NCBI GenBank assembly: GCA_963749495.1
Contig: CAVVMW010000019.1
Span: 294,970 to 358,969, forward strand
Source: an uncultured bacterium
GTDB taxonomy: Bacteria; Verrucomicrobiota; Verrucomicrobiia; Limisphaerales; UBA8199
Length of the DNA: 64,000 bases
Direction: 5' to 3'
Position numbers and translations under genes: made by a program. The notes under the pieces are model-generated. The model ran no database searches. It saw only the letters and a program-made list of their open reading frames with translations, and had not been told where the DNA came from. Below are positions 1-10,388 of this stretch, piece after piece (the stretch's first letter is position 1; each line of letters begins with the position of its first letter).

Positions 1-2354
1 TGGTTCCGACGGCAAAAGACAGAGGCCCGGCTGGGGGAGTCACCGTCAGCACGGCGACGGCGCTGGCGACCACGCCCACACTGTTCGAGACGACCGCCTG
101 GTAGGTCCCGGCATTGGTGCCCGAGACGGAGCGAATCAAGAGATTGCTCGTGGTCGCGCCGCTGAACGGGCCGCCGTTGGTCACGTTCACGCCCCCGAAC
201 TGCCACTGATAGCTGAGCGGCGCGGCGCCCGCAGCGAGGACGATGAAGCCCACGCCGGTTCCCGCCGCAACGGTCAGGCTTTGGGGCTGCAGAGTGATCC
301 GGGGCGCTCCAGACGCCGCGAGCGGCACGCCCTTGGTGATCCGACAGTTGAAGGTGTCCGCCACATAGATGTTGCCGGCGCTGTCCAGCGCCAGGCTGGT
401 TGGATCATTGAATTGCGCGCCGTCACCGACTCCATCCACGCTGCCCGCGACACGCGCCACACCACCGATGGTGGTCACCACGCCCGCAGGCGTGATCTGG
501 CGAATCGTCTCGTTGGAGGTGTCCGCCACAAAAACGTTGCCCAGGCTGTCCACCGCCACACCCTCGGGGTAGAAGAACCGTGCCGCGCTCCCCGCGCCGT
601 CGGCGCTGCCCCACTCCCCTGCCGATCCCGCCAGCGTCGTCACCACGCCTGCTGGTGTCACCTTGCGAATCGTGTCGTTTCCCTCATCCGCCACATAGAC
701 GTTGCCCAAGCCGTCCACCGCCATGCCCCAGGGGTATTCGAACCGCGCCGCGCTTCCGGTGCCATCCGCGCTTCCCATAGTCCCGGCCAACCCCGCCAGC
801 GTCGTCACTACCCCCGCAGGGGTGATCCGGCGAATCGTGTCGTTCGACGTATCCGCCACAAAAACGTTGCCCGCGCTGTCCACCGCCACGCCCCTGGGGT
901 CGGCGAACCGCGCCGCGCTTCCGGTGCCATCCGCGCTGCCCATAGTCCCGGCCAACCCCGCCAGCGTCGTCACTACGCCCGCGGGGGTGATCCCGCGAAT
1001 CGTGTGGTTCGACGTATCCGCCACAAAAATGGTGCCCATGCTGTCCACCGCCACAGCGTAGGGGTAGTCGAACCGCGCCGCGCTCCCCGTGCCATCCGCG
1101 CTGCCCGAAGTCCCGGCCAACCCAGCCAGCGTCGTCACCACACCTGCCGGCGTGATCTTGCGAATCGTTTCGTTGTAGTTATCCGCGACATAAATGTTGC
1201 CTGTACCTGTCGACTGCGACGCCGAAGGGGTAGTTGAACCGCGCCGCGCTCCCCGTGCCGTCCGCGCTGCCCACTTCCCCCGGCATTCCCGCAAAATTGG
1301 TGAAAGCGTACCCTGGTGAACCCGGTTGCAAGACCACCGTGAGGATGGCGCTCTGGCTGGCTGCGCCGCCCACGGCATTTGTGGCTGTCAACCGGAACCG
1401 ATGCCCGGTCATGGCCACAGTGACATTTGAAATCACCAGCGCCCCGGCGCTCGAACCGCTCAGACCGGCGCCATCCACCAGGTTGGTCCAGGACATTCCG
1501 CCGTCTGTGGAAAGCTGCCAGAGCAACACCGGGTTTGGCACGCCGCTGGCGGCGGCGGTGAAGACCGCGTTGGTTCCCGCCGCAACGGTCAGGCTCTGCG
1601 GTTGCACCAGGAACTGGGGTGGTTGCAGCGCCGCCGGCACGCCTTTGGTAATCCGAAAGTTGAAATTGTCCGCCACATAGATATTGCCGGCGCCATCAAC
1701 CTCCAGGCCCCAAGGCTCCCAGAACCCGGCTGCGCTCCCGATGCCGTCGGCGCTCCCCCAGCTTCCTGACAGACCTGCCAGGGTGGTCACGAGGCCCTCC
1801 GGCGTGACCCCGCGAATCGTGTTGTTGTTGGAATCCGCCACATAGATGTTGCCCGAATCGTCCACGGCTACACCGTATGGGGAGTTGAAGCGCGCCGCGC
1901 TCCCCGTGCCGTCCGCGCTCCCGGGGAGGCCCGCCAGACCAGCCAGCGTAGTCACCACGCCGCCCGGCGTCAGCCTGCGGATTGTGTCGTTGGCGACGTC
2001 CGCCACGTAAATGTTGCCGGTGGTGTCCACCGCCACGCCGGAGGGCATCTTGAACCGCGCCACGCCCCCGACGCCGTCCGCGCTCCCAGGGTTGCCCGCC
2101 AGACCAGCCAGCGTCGTCACCTGCCCCGCCGGCGTGATTCGGCGGATCGTGTGGTTCAACTGGTCTGCAACGTAGATGTTGCCCATGCTATCCACTGCCA
2201 CGCCGTACGGCTGGTAAAACCGGGCGCCGCTCCCAATGCCGTCGGTGCTGCCCGAGGCACCTGCCTGTCCCGCCAAGGTCGTCACCACGCCCTCCGGTGT
2301 GACCTTGCGGACCGTGCAGTTGGTCAGGTCCGCCACGTACACGTTGCCCGCTAG
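1..2354 (-). pseudogene. NHL-repeat / Ig-like domain surface protein, 5' end removed at the IS1634 junction, runs off the window start
   Basis: ORF 1179-2342 has repeated 'GVAVD..GNIYVAD..N.TIR.ITP.G.VTTLAG' units and an Ig-like 'QPQSLTVAAG...WQ' domain. The same units continue to position 1 after frameshifts near 1205 and 1055. The frame is cut mid-repeat (LAGNVYVAD) at CTAG 2351-2354. Confidence 0.85.
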
Positions 2355-4346
2355 CCCCAGTTTACGAGTTATTTCAAGGGTGCCTCGGAATTGGTTGTCA
2401 ACCAGCAGGTTACAACCTGGCCCCTCTATGCCCTAAAACGGCGATTTGGGGGCTCTCAGTTCGAGTATCTCCATCAGCTTTGCCTGGATTTCGTCCCGCT
2501 TGGTCAGCACCGGCTGCTCCGTGGCCGGTCGGCCTGCGCGGCGGGCTGGGTAAACATTGATCACCTCCTGAATCCGGCCCAACTTCTCCAGCAGACCGGC
2601 CATGGATAAGCGCACGCCCGCCTGCCGTGCGCGGCGCCACACCAGGGTCGGAGCAGTACCCGCAATAGTACAATAGAGTCCATGGACTTGGATCTTGCTC
2701 TCGGTCCAGTGGTGCAGTGGCCACCAGGCGCCAATGTGCCGGTCCTTCATTTCGTGGAAAATCTCCTCGATGACAAATTGGCTCCGGTAAGCGCGAATTA
2801 CCTGGGCGTCGGTCCATTCCTTATGACCGGTGATGAGCAGCGTCTTGCCCAGATACGTATCGGCCAACTGTTGCTGCGCGGCTGGGTCCGCCACGTGAGC
2901 CAATTGGAGCACGCCCGCCGCCGTCCGCGAGACGGTGGTCTTGAGCAACTGGCCCAGATGCTGACGGTGAAGAATCTGGTTGCACTTGCGCTGGACCGAT
3001 TCGACGCTCGGCAGGGTGCCTCCCTTAATGAGCCCTGCGGCACGGTCTTGGAGGTTCTGCCGCACTTGGGCCAACTGGCTCAGCGCGCGGGCCAGGTCGT
3101 TTTGCACCGTCGCCCATTGGCTGGCAAAGAGGTGCTCGTTGTAAGTGACCACCACCGTGCGCTCCTTGCCATAGACCACCAGTTGGGTGTGCCAGCTTTT
3201 GGTGCCTTCCAGGCCCGGCTCGGTGGCGGCCTGCCAACGGGCGTCCTGGTTGGAAATCCGCATCAGGTTGGGATGCTCGTCCAACTTGACCGAACCGACG
3301 TAGGGCAGTCCGAGTTGGTCAATCAAGCCGAAGTTGTCCTTGGAGTTGTTGCCCTTATCGAAGATGAGCGTCGGTTTGACCGTGGCCCAGGTCGAACCGG
3401 CCCGCTCCACCAGCCAGCGCTGAAACCTCGCCAGCACTTGCGGGAACTCCTTGGCGTCGTTGCGGTTGCCCTCATAGACCTCGTAAAAGAGCGGCAACTG
3501 CCCGTCGGTGGAGCAGAACAGGGCATAGCTGACTTGCCGCAGATTGCACCGGCCCTGCTTGTTCTTGCCGCGTTTGGCGACTTGGCACTTGAGGTTGAAG
3601 GTGTTGATGAAGGTGTAGAAGTTGGTGCCGTCATAACAAATCTGCGAGAGCGGGATTTGCTCCCGCTGCAGGACGCCGCCGATGAGTTGCTGCCAGATGG
3701 CCTGGGCGGTGAGCGGCTCGATGCGGTCCATGTGATCCCAGAAGCGCTGGGAGGTCAATTGCGCCGCCGACGCCTCGGGCCATAAACGCGCCAGGCAGGT
3801 GCGGCCAAGCCAATCCCACATCGCCTGCTTGCTGACCGGGTCGTAGGCACGGTTGATGGCCGCCAGGCGGATGTAGTCGCCGGTGCTCAGTCCCTGGTTG
3901 CGCTTGGGGCATAGTTGATCGACCAGTTCGGCGACCCGGGCACGGCGCGTTTCCTGCCAGAGGGCCAGCGGCAGGGCCCAGTCGAGCACCTGGGCGTATT
4001 GGGGAGGGGGGCCGGTGCCCGCAACGGCTTGCGCGATATCCTCGGCTTTGCCGAGGTATCTTTGGGAGAGGCGGCGGCATTTGCCGTTTTTCCAACCCCA
4101 GAGGGAGAGATAGTAGTAGGTGTGGCCATGAATGTTTTTGGCTTCGAGGCGATGCATAGCGCGCCGGACATGCGACGCGCATATTCAGGGCATAGTTACA
4201 GAAGATTGTCAAGCACAATATCTCATTTTATAGGGAAATATTGACGGTATCTGGGCTTGTGTTTTAGGGCATAGTGAGGAGGACGCGCAAACATTTGGGT
4301 CAGAAGGCCTTACACAGAATGGGCTATGCTAACTCGTAAACTGGGG
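2355..4346 (-). mobile_element. IS1634-family insertion sequence, flanked by CTAG on both sides
   Basis: Terminal inverted repeat CCCCAGTTTACGAGTT (2355-2370) / AACTCGTAAACTGGGG (4331-4346); CTAG at 2351-2354 and 4347-4350; single transposase inside. Confidence 0.9.
2433..4157 (-). CDS. IS1634-family DDE transposase
   Basis: 574 aa; N-terminal 'HGHTYYYL...YLGK', then 'YDGTNFY', 'GKNKQGR..LRQV', 'YEGNRND', 'IFDKGN', 'YRSQF.IEE.F..MK'. Confidence 0.9.
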   Translation of the reverse strand: MHRLEAKNIHGHTYYYLSLWGWKNGKCRRLSQRYLGKAEDIAQAVAGTGPPPQYAQVLDWALPLALWQETRRARVAELVDQLCPKRNQGLSTGDYIRLAAINRAYDPVSKQAMWDWLGRTCLARLWPEASAAQLTSQRFWDHMDRIEPLTAQAIWQQLIGGVLQREQIPLSQICYDGTNFYTFINTFNLKCQVAKRGKNKQGRCNLRQVSYALFCSTDGQLPLFYEVYEGNRNDAKEFPQVLARFQRWLVERAGSTWATVKPTLIFDKGNNSKDNFGLIDQLGLPYVGSVKLDEHPNLMRISNQDARWQAATEPGLEGTKSWHTQLVVYGKERTVVVTYNEHLFASQWATVQNDLARALSQLAQVRQNLQDRAAGLIKGGTLPSVESVQRKCNQILHRQHLGQLLKTTVSRTAAGVLQLAHVADPAAQQQLADTYLGKTLLITGHKEWTDAQVIRAYRSQFVIEEIFHEMKDRHIGAWWPLHHWTESKIQVHGLYCTIAGTAPTLVWRRARQAGVRLSMAGLLEKLGRIQEVINVYPARRAGRPATEQPVLTKRDEIQAKLMEILELRAPKSPF

Positions 4347-5909
4347 CTAGTCCTCAACGGCGGCTGCAAGGCCTCCGATTACGCCGCTCACCTGGTGGAA
4401 ATCGCCCGGGCCTTCCGGCGCGTGCCGCAGGTGGCAGCCATCGCCATGGTCCGCTCCTCGCACCTGGCTGGGCGGATTGCCGCCATCGTGGATGCCTCCC
4501 GCCCCCGACGCGCCCCGCGCACTCTGCTGGTGGGTTTGTGCTGTGCCGCCGAGCTTGCCTTCGTCGCTGCCGTCGCCGCGCAGAAGCCCCAGGCAAATTC
4601 TCCCGCTCCCACTCCCCAAGGGAAGCCCTGGTTCGACCCCCGCTTGCGGGCATTCTTTGCGGCCAAAGCCGCGCAAGCGCATCAACTGGCCGAACAGCAA
4701 CAGGAGCCTCTTGTCCCGGAGGTTTGGCCGTACTTTCAGGCCGGCATGAGGGGCGATTGGAAAAACGCGACGAACCTTTGGTTGGCGATACGCCAAGGCT
4801 CGGCACCGGACAACACCAATGCCGATGAGAAGGTCCCTTCCCGTCACACGGCGGTTTGGTCCACCATTCTTGAGACCGACCTTGCATGGGAGCAGTTCGC
4901 CAACTGGAAGGAGAAATATGTGCTGGCCTACGGCAACAATATCATCAAATCCATCCCGCCCGGCAGCATTTACTTCGGCGGGACCGACCCGGGCCGTGGG
5001 GTCATTACCGCTATGTCCGAGTCCCATGCGGAGGCCAAGCCATTCTTCACCCTCACCCAAAACGCCCTAGCGGATCCCGCTTACGCGAATTATCTGCGGG
5101 CGATGTACGGCCAGGTCATCTACACCCCCACTGACGAAGATTCCAAACAATCCTTCCAGGAATACATGGTAGATGCCGGGCGGCGGTTCGCCGAGAATAA
5201 GCTCCTGCCGGGCGAGGACGTCAAGATCACCGACAACCGCGTCCAGGTCACTGGCCAGGTCGCCGTGACGGCCATCAATGGCTTGCTGGCCAAAACCATC
5301 TTCGACCACAACCCCAACCGCCAGTTCTACCTCGAGGAAAGCTTCCCGCTCGATTGGATGTATCCCTATCTCTCTCCGAATGGGCTGATTATGAAGATCA
5401 ATCGCCAGCCGCTGCCCAGGCTCTCCGAGGAACTCGTTCGGCAGGACCATGAGTACTGGTCGAGCTATCTCCGGCCGATGCTCGGCGATTGGATCACCTA
5501 CGACACCCCGGTCGCCGAGGTCGCCGCCTTTGCGGAGAGGGTCTATCGCAAGCATGACCTTCGCGGTTTCAAGGGCGACCCGCAATTCGCCAAGGACGCG
5601 TGGGCGCAAAAGTTCTTTTCCAAGCTGCGCGACTCCATCGGCGGCGTCTATGCCTGGCGCTTCACCAACGCCAATGCTCCCGCCGAGAAACAGCGGATGG
5701 CCAAAGAGGCCGATTTCGCCTTCCGTCAGGCCTACGCCCTTTGCCCTGTCAGCCCCGAGGTTGTCTTCCGCTACGTCGAGATGCTGCTGCGTTTGACCCG
5801 CGCGGACGACGCGCGGCTCCTGGCCGAAACCACGCTGAAACTCGACCCCGCGAACGCCCAGCTACAGGTGCTGGCCAGACAGTTGAAGAACCTCAAACCG
5901 AACCGTTGA
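4326..5909 (+). pseudogene. 5'-truncated BlaR1/MecR1 (M56)-like protein with C-terminal DUF2723-associated-like and TPR region
   Basis: Directly after the IS end it reads 'LVLNGGCKASDYAAHLVEIA...RIAAIVD', the tail of an M56 domain with the HExxH part missing. A TM segment follows, then 'YFGGTDPGR', 'LTQNALAD', 'EESFPLDWMYPYL.P.GLIMKIN'. Confidence 0.65.
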
Positions 5910-5979
5910 GCCGCGGGCGCAGCACAAAATAGTAATCAATGGGGCGGCTTCAAGTCTCTGGCAGGGCTGGGGCGTCTTT

Positions 5980-6168
5980 TCCCGGAGGGACGTTCTGAGA
6001 ATAGCCCAACGTTTCAACGTTGGGTGAGGGGTTCTTTCGTTGCGTAAGCCCCGAAGGGACGGCTGAATGGAAGACATGTCCTGCGGAAGATGACGTTCCA
6101 GGAGGAGTTTATCGGCCTGCTCAAGAAACACCGCATTGAGTACCGACAAACGTTACTTGTGGGATTGA
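5980..6168 (+). mobile_element. REP-like palindrome plus internally deleted IS200-like/RAYT (Y1 HUH) transposase remnant
   Basis: Palindrome CCCAACGTT-TC-AACGTTGGG with CCCG(G/A)AGGGAC motifs, followed by ATG 6076 and 'RKMTFQEEFIGLLKKHRIEY(DKRYLWD*)' with one extra base, a typical TnpA(Y1) C-terminus. Confidence 0.65.
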
Positions 6169-6185
6169 GCCTCAGACGGGTCCGT

Positions 6186-6253
6186 ACCTTTGTCGCAACC
6201 GTTGTCGGAACCTTTGTCGGGCTGCCCAGGCCTCGACGAAAGCGGCGACAAAG
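6186..6253. repeat. CTTTGTCG/CGACAAAG palindromic repeat (family A core)
   Basis: Three CTTTGTCG-like units facing CGACAAAG-like units; six copies in the window. Confidence 0.8.
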
Positions 6254-6347
6254 CTCTGGGATCGGAGCTTGCAGGTTGATTTTGCCAGCCACTCCAATGC
6301 CGCCCGCCGGGTTGACGAGCGGGCGTGGTCTCCTGCAGGATGGGAGT

Positions 6348-7325
6348 GTGGCTGATACGTGCAGGCTCGGGATCGTGAGCGACATTCACTACGCCGGCGC
6401 GGCGGAACGGGCGCGGGGGGATGACTACGAGTATCGGGACCTGCGCAACCCGCTGCTGCGGCAACTGCTGCGGCTGCACCGCCGGTTCGTCTGGCTGCGC
6501 GATCCGCTGCAGCAGAACCACCTGCTGGAGGCCTTCCTGGACCAGGCCGGGCCGCTGGACTGGGTCGTGGCCAACGGGGATTACTCCTGTGACTCGGCGG
6601 CGGTGGGGGTGAGCGACGACGCGGCCTGCCAGAGCGCGCGCGAGTGCCTGGGCCGGTTGCGAGAGCGTTTTGGCTCGCGCCTGCGGGCCAACCTGGGGGA
6701 CCACGAACTGGGCAGACTGAGCTTCATAGGCAGGCGGGGAGGGATGCGGCTGGCCAGTTGGCGGCGGGCGGTGCGGGAGTTGGAACTGCTGCCTTTCTGG
6801 CAAGTGACTTTGGGCCGGTACGTCCTCATGGGATTCGTCTCTTCCCTCGTGGCCCTGCCATTGTTCGAGCGGGACATCCTGCGGGCCGAGTGGCCGGAAT
6901 GGGAGCGGCTGCAGGCCCAGCACGTGGCGGAGATCGGACGCGCATTCGATGCCCTGGAGGCAGGCCAGCGCGTGCTGCTCTTTTGTCATGACCCCTCCGC
7001 CCTGCCCTATTTGTGGCGCCAACCGGCCGTGCGGGCCAGGCTGGAGCGAATCGAGCAGACGATTGTGGGCCATTTGCACTCGCAGTCGGTCCTGCTGCAG
7101 AGCCGGTTGTTCGCCGGAATGCCCGCCTTGGGTTTCCTGGGCCCCACCGCCCGGAGACTGACTACAGCCCTGCGCGAGGCCCGGCTCTGGCGGCCCTTTC
7201 ACGTGCGGCTCTGCCCTGCCCTGGCCGGCCTTCAATTGTTCAAGGACGGCGGCTTTTACACGGTCGAATTAGATTGTCGGGGCAACCGACCGGCCCGGTT
7301 CCAGTTCCACCGGCTCGGGAGGTGA
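6348..7325 (+). CDS. calcineurin-like metallophosphoesterase
   Basis: Motifs SDIH, NGD, NLGDHE, HDP, GHLH. The ORF's upstream extension to 6090 is repeat/transposase-derived. Confidence 0.8.
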   Translation: MADTCRLGIVSDIHYAGAAERARGDDYEYRDLRNPLLRQLLRLHRRFVWLRDPLQQNHLLEAFLDQAGPLDWVVANGDYSCDSAAVGVSDDAACQSARECLGRLRERFGSRLRANLGDHELGRLSFIGRRGGMRLASWRRAVRELELLPFWQVTLGRYVLMGFVSSLVALPLFERDILRAEWPEWERLQAQHVAEIGRAFDALEAGQRVLLFCHDPSALPYLWRQPAVRARLERIEQTIVGHLHSQSVLLQSRLFAGMPALGFLGPTARRLTTALREARLWRPFHVRLCPALAGLQLFKDGGFYTVELDCRGNRPARFQFHRLGR

Positions 7326-7566
7326 GTCCACAGTCCACAGTCCACAGTCCACAGTCCACCCCGCCCTAAAGGCTGAAGGCTAAAGGCTGAAGGCTAAAGA
7401 CTGAAGTGCGGTCATGCACCTTTGGGCTCTGCCCTTTAGCCTTTAGCCTTAGCCTTCAGCCGTTAGGGGGGGAACGGGGTCCTCTGGGTCGCAAGGACGT
7501 GTGGGCTGCGTCATGCAACTTTGGGTTCTGCACTTTAGCCTTTAGCCTTTAGCCTTCAGCCTTCAG
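7325..7566. repeat. heptamer tandem repeats (AGTCCAC x5; AAGGCT(A/G)A and TTTAGCC arrays in inverted arrangement)
   Basis: Directly visible; the same units recur at 15890, 53460 and 55462. Confidence 0.9.
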
Positions 7567-7636
7567 GGTGAGGGGGAGCCGGTTAACGGCCAGATTTAGC
7601 TTTTCCTGCCCGCGGGCTTTGCGGTAGATTGCGCCC

Positions 7637-8104
7637 ATGGCGGAAATTGTGGATTTTGTAAATCGTGGGGCGAGCTCCGTTAGCCCGGCCATTGTAGAGA
7701 AGATGCTGCGGCATCTGCCCCAATGGAAGCTGGAGTTCACTCAGATTTATGAGCCACTGTTCCCGCACCTGGTGGACCAATTGGAGTTTCTGGCCGATGC
7801 CGTCGAAGACAGCGCGGACGGCGCCTACAAGGACTTGCCTTACGTGGCGTTCGCCCAGGCGGCTTTTGCGCTCATTTACGCTCACAAGAAGGTGGGCATC
7901 ATCCCGGACACCGTGCTCAATCTGGGCCGGGCGGACGATTCGAGCGTGGTGCGGGCGGTGTTGATCCAGAATGAGAAGGTCTTTGCGCTATACGCCACCG
8001 CCCAGGAACGTCGAGTGGTCCAGGATCACCAGCCAGCCCTGAGTTACGCCCCGGACGACGCCAATACGGCCTGCACCGCATCGATCAGTTCTTTTGCCCG
8101 ATAG
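7637..8104 (+). CDS. YkvA/DUF1232-family protein (true 3' end probably shorter, frameshift likely)
   Basis: 'ALIY.....IIPD....LGRADD..VV' signature. Confidence 0.7.
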   Translation: MAEIVDFVNRGASSVSPAIVEKMLRHLPQWKLEFTQIYEPLFPHLVDQLEFLADAVEDSADGAYKDLPYVAFAQAAFALIYAHKKVGIIPDTVLNLGRADDSSVVRAVLIQNEKVFALYATAQERRVVQDHQPALSYAPDDANTACTASISSFAR

Positions 8105-8466
8105 GGCTTGGATAGGAATCGATCCGGTTTGCGGAGCGCGCCGAAGCAGACTTCCTCGGCCTCCGTGCCGCTGACGAGAATCGTTTTGGGCTGGGGTTTT
8201 ACGCGCCAGCAGGCAGCGATTAACTCCAAGCCGGTCATCTGGAGCATGGCGTAATCGGTGATGATAAGCTCCGGGCGCTGCTCTGCGTCGGTCAACGCCC
8301 CCAGGGCGGCCTCTGCGCTGGGAAAGGTCCGGACATCGTAGCCCGCGGCCTTGAGCACCACGGTCGCCATCTCCAGCAGCACCATCTCGTCGTCCACGAC
8401 GTAAATCAACGCGGCAGCAGGCGCAGGCGCGGGCGCCGACGCGGAGTCGTTCGTCGGGCAGTTCAT
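8044..8466 (-). CDS. single-domain response regulator (receiver)
   Basis: 'IYVVDDE', 'IITDYAM..MTGLEL', 'ILVSG', 'FLSKPY'. Confidence 0.85.
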   Translation of the reverse strand: MNCPTNDSASAPAPAPAAALIYVVDDEMVLLEMATVVLKAAGYDVRTFPSAEAALGALTDAEQRPELIITDYAMLQMTGLELIAACWRVKPQPKTILVSGTEAEEVCFGALRKPDRFLSKPYRAKELIDAVQAVLASSGA

Positions 8467-8610
8467 GCGGTTCTGCCCGAGTAAACACCCGCCCCGCCCT
8501 GCTGGCAAGCGGTCTTTGCGCCCAATTTCACGGTTGCACGACTCTACTCCCAGCCGTAATGTCTCCAGGCAACCGAGTCACCCCGGGCCTCTCTCAGATG
8601 GGGTAACCGT

Positions 8611-10220
8611 ATGAAAACGAAAAAGCCGCGAACCCGAAAGGCTGCAAATCCGGCGCCCGCGCCGCCCGCGCCCGGTCAAACGACTTTGCCAGCGGCCAAG
8701 GACGGAGGGCGGAGGGCGGAGGACGGAGGGCGGAGGGCGGAGGACGGAGGGCGGAGGACGGAGGACGGAGGACGGAGGACGGAGGACGGGCGCAAGGGCC
8801 GGAGGTTGAAGGCGGGCGGCGGGCGCGGTCATCATGCACCAGCGGAAAGAGAGTCCCTGGCAAGGCGGAGCCCGGACAGGCTGCCGTTGAGGATTCCACC
8901 AATTCTGTTGGAGGGCGACGAACCCGTTCCCGCGGCTGCGTCCGCGCCAGGCACGGGTCCTGGCGAGAAATACGCGCTTGGCCCAACAGCCCCGGCCGAG
9001 CCTATGGAGCCGGAGGCCGCTGCATTGCCCGAGGCCTATGGAACGGGCACTTTGCTGCTGCTGGTGTCCGACCCGCACTGGCTCTACGCGCATTGGGACC
9101 TGGGCCCCGAGGAGCAACGCCCTTACTACGACCGTGCGGCGAATCGGCGCCTGGTCTTGCGCGGGCGCCAGGACGCCCTGACCGGCCCCGTCCTTGCCGA
9201 AATCCACGTACCCCCGGACTCGAGGGATTGGTTCTTTCGGGTGCCCCGCGCCCCAGCCAGGTGTGTTGCCGAGTTGGGCTACTACCTGGAAGGCGGGCAG
9301 TGGGTGAGCATCGCCGCCTCCAATGCCGTGGCCACGCCGCCGGAGGCCCCGTCAGAAGACAAGACCGCTCAGTTCGCAGCCGTTGAGCCTGCGTTGCTCA
9401 TGCCTGCGGCTGCGGCCGGCCTGCCGGCCAAAAGGCCCCCCTCGCTGGCCCGGGGCGAAGCCGAAGCGCGCCGGGACTGGGTCGAAGCGGAGGCGGCGCC
9501 CCCCAAGAGCATGTCTGAAGGGCCTCTGCGGCAGGGGCGTCCCGCCCCTGTCTGCCGCGGGCCAGACGCAGGTGCCAGGCCTTTTCAGACACGTCCGCAG
9601 GGCCTGGAACCTGCAGAGCGAGGCACCCAGGCCGGTCCCGGGCCGCGGCTGCGCCTGGTGCCGCCCGGCTCGGTCGCAGCTTGGACCGTGGAACAGGAAC
9701 AAGCGCTGGCCGAGGCGATCCAGCCGGCGGGTCCGCGCGCCGATGGGGCCGATTCGCTGGGGATAGCCGAACTGGTCCGGCACCCGCTGGAGTGGGAAAT
9801 GGGCCCGAGGGCGCGCAGGAATTGGAATTGGGCCTGCCCGTCATGGCCGAGATCGTGGCGGGCGTGACCCATCCGGGCGGCCCCTCCTCGCTGATTGGCC
9901 CCGAGGGCGGAGGCCAGGAGCCGCCCAAGCAGTTCTGGCTCAACGTCAATGCCGAACTGGTCCTTTACGGAGCGACAGAACCGGGCGCGCGGGTGACGAT
10001 CTGTGGCTGGCCCATCCGGCTGCGGCCGGACGGCAGCTTCAGTTGCCGGTTTGCGTTGCCGGAAGGGCGATACGTGCTTGTGGTGGCCGCGGTTTCGGCC
10101 CAGGGGGAGCAGCGGCAGGCGGATTTGGAGTTCAGCCGCCATTCGCAGTGTCACGGTGAGGTGGGCTCTCAGGCGCAAGACCCCACACTCACGCCGCCTG
10201 CGGGGGAGGGGCTGGTCTAA
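8611..10220 (+). CDS. DUF4912-domain protein (frameshift near 9805 joins ORFs 8611-9867 and 9681-10220)
   Basis: 'LPEAYG...LLLV.DPHWLYAHWD' and C-terminal 'FWLNVNAELVLYGATEP.ARVT...I.LRPDGSF..RFALPEG'; adjacent to a GH57 gene. Confidence 0.8.
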
Positions 10221-10370
10221 ATGGGAACAACCAACATGGGCACACTCATGCGGGTTTTGGACCTTTGTCGCAGCCTTTGTCGCGGCCTTTGTCGGATGCG
10301 CCGTTTCTCGTCAAAGGAAGCGACAAAGGCTGCGACAAAGGTTGTGCCAATGTTACGGGGTTCGAGTTAG
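10217..10370. repeat. 154-bp MITE-like palindromic element (family A, CTAA...TTAG shell)
   Basis: Homologous along its length to 16666-16819 and the same length. Confidence 0.8.
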
Positions 10371-10388
10371 CTGGCGAGGAGAACGATA

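Noticed and set aside
700..1150. ~165-bp DNA repeats as a non-coding array or DGR template
   Set aside because: They are in-frame NHL protein repeats; no reverse transcriptase in the window.
6090..6347. N-terminal extension of the phosphoesterase (similarly 11890-12294)
   Set aside because: Read-through of a transposase remnant and repeats, not a real domain.
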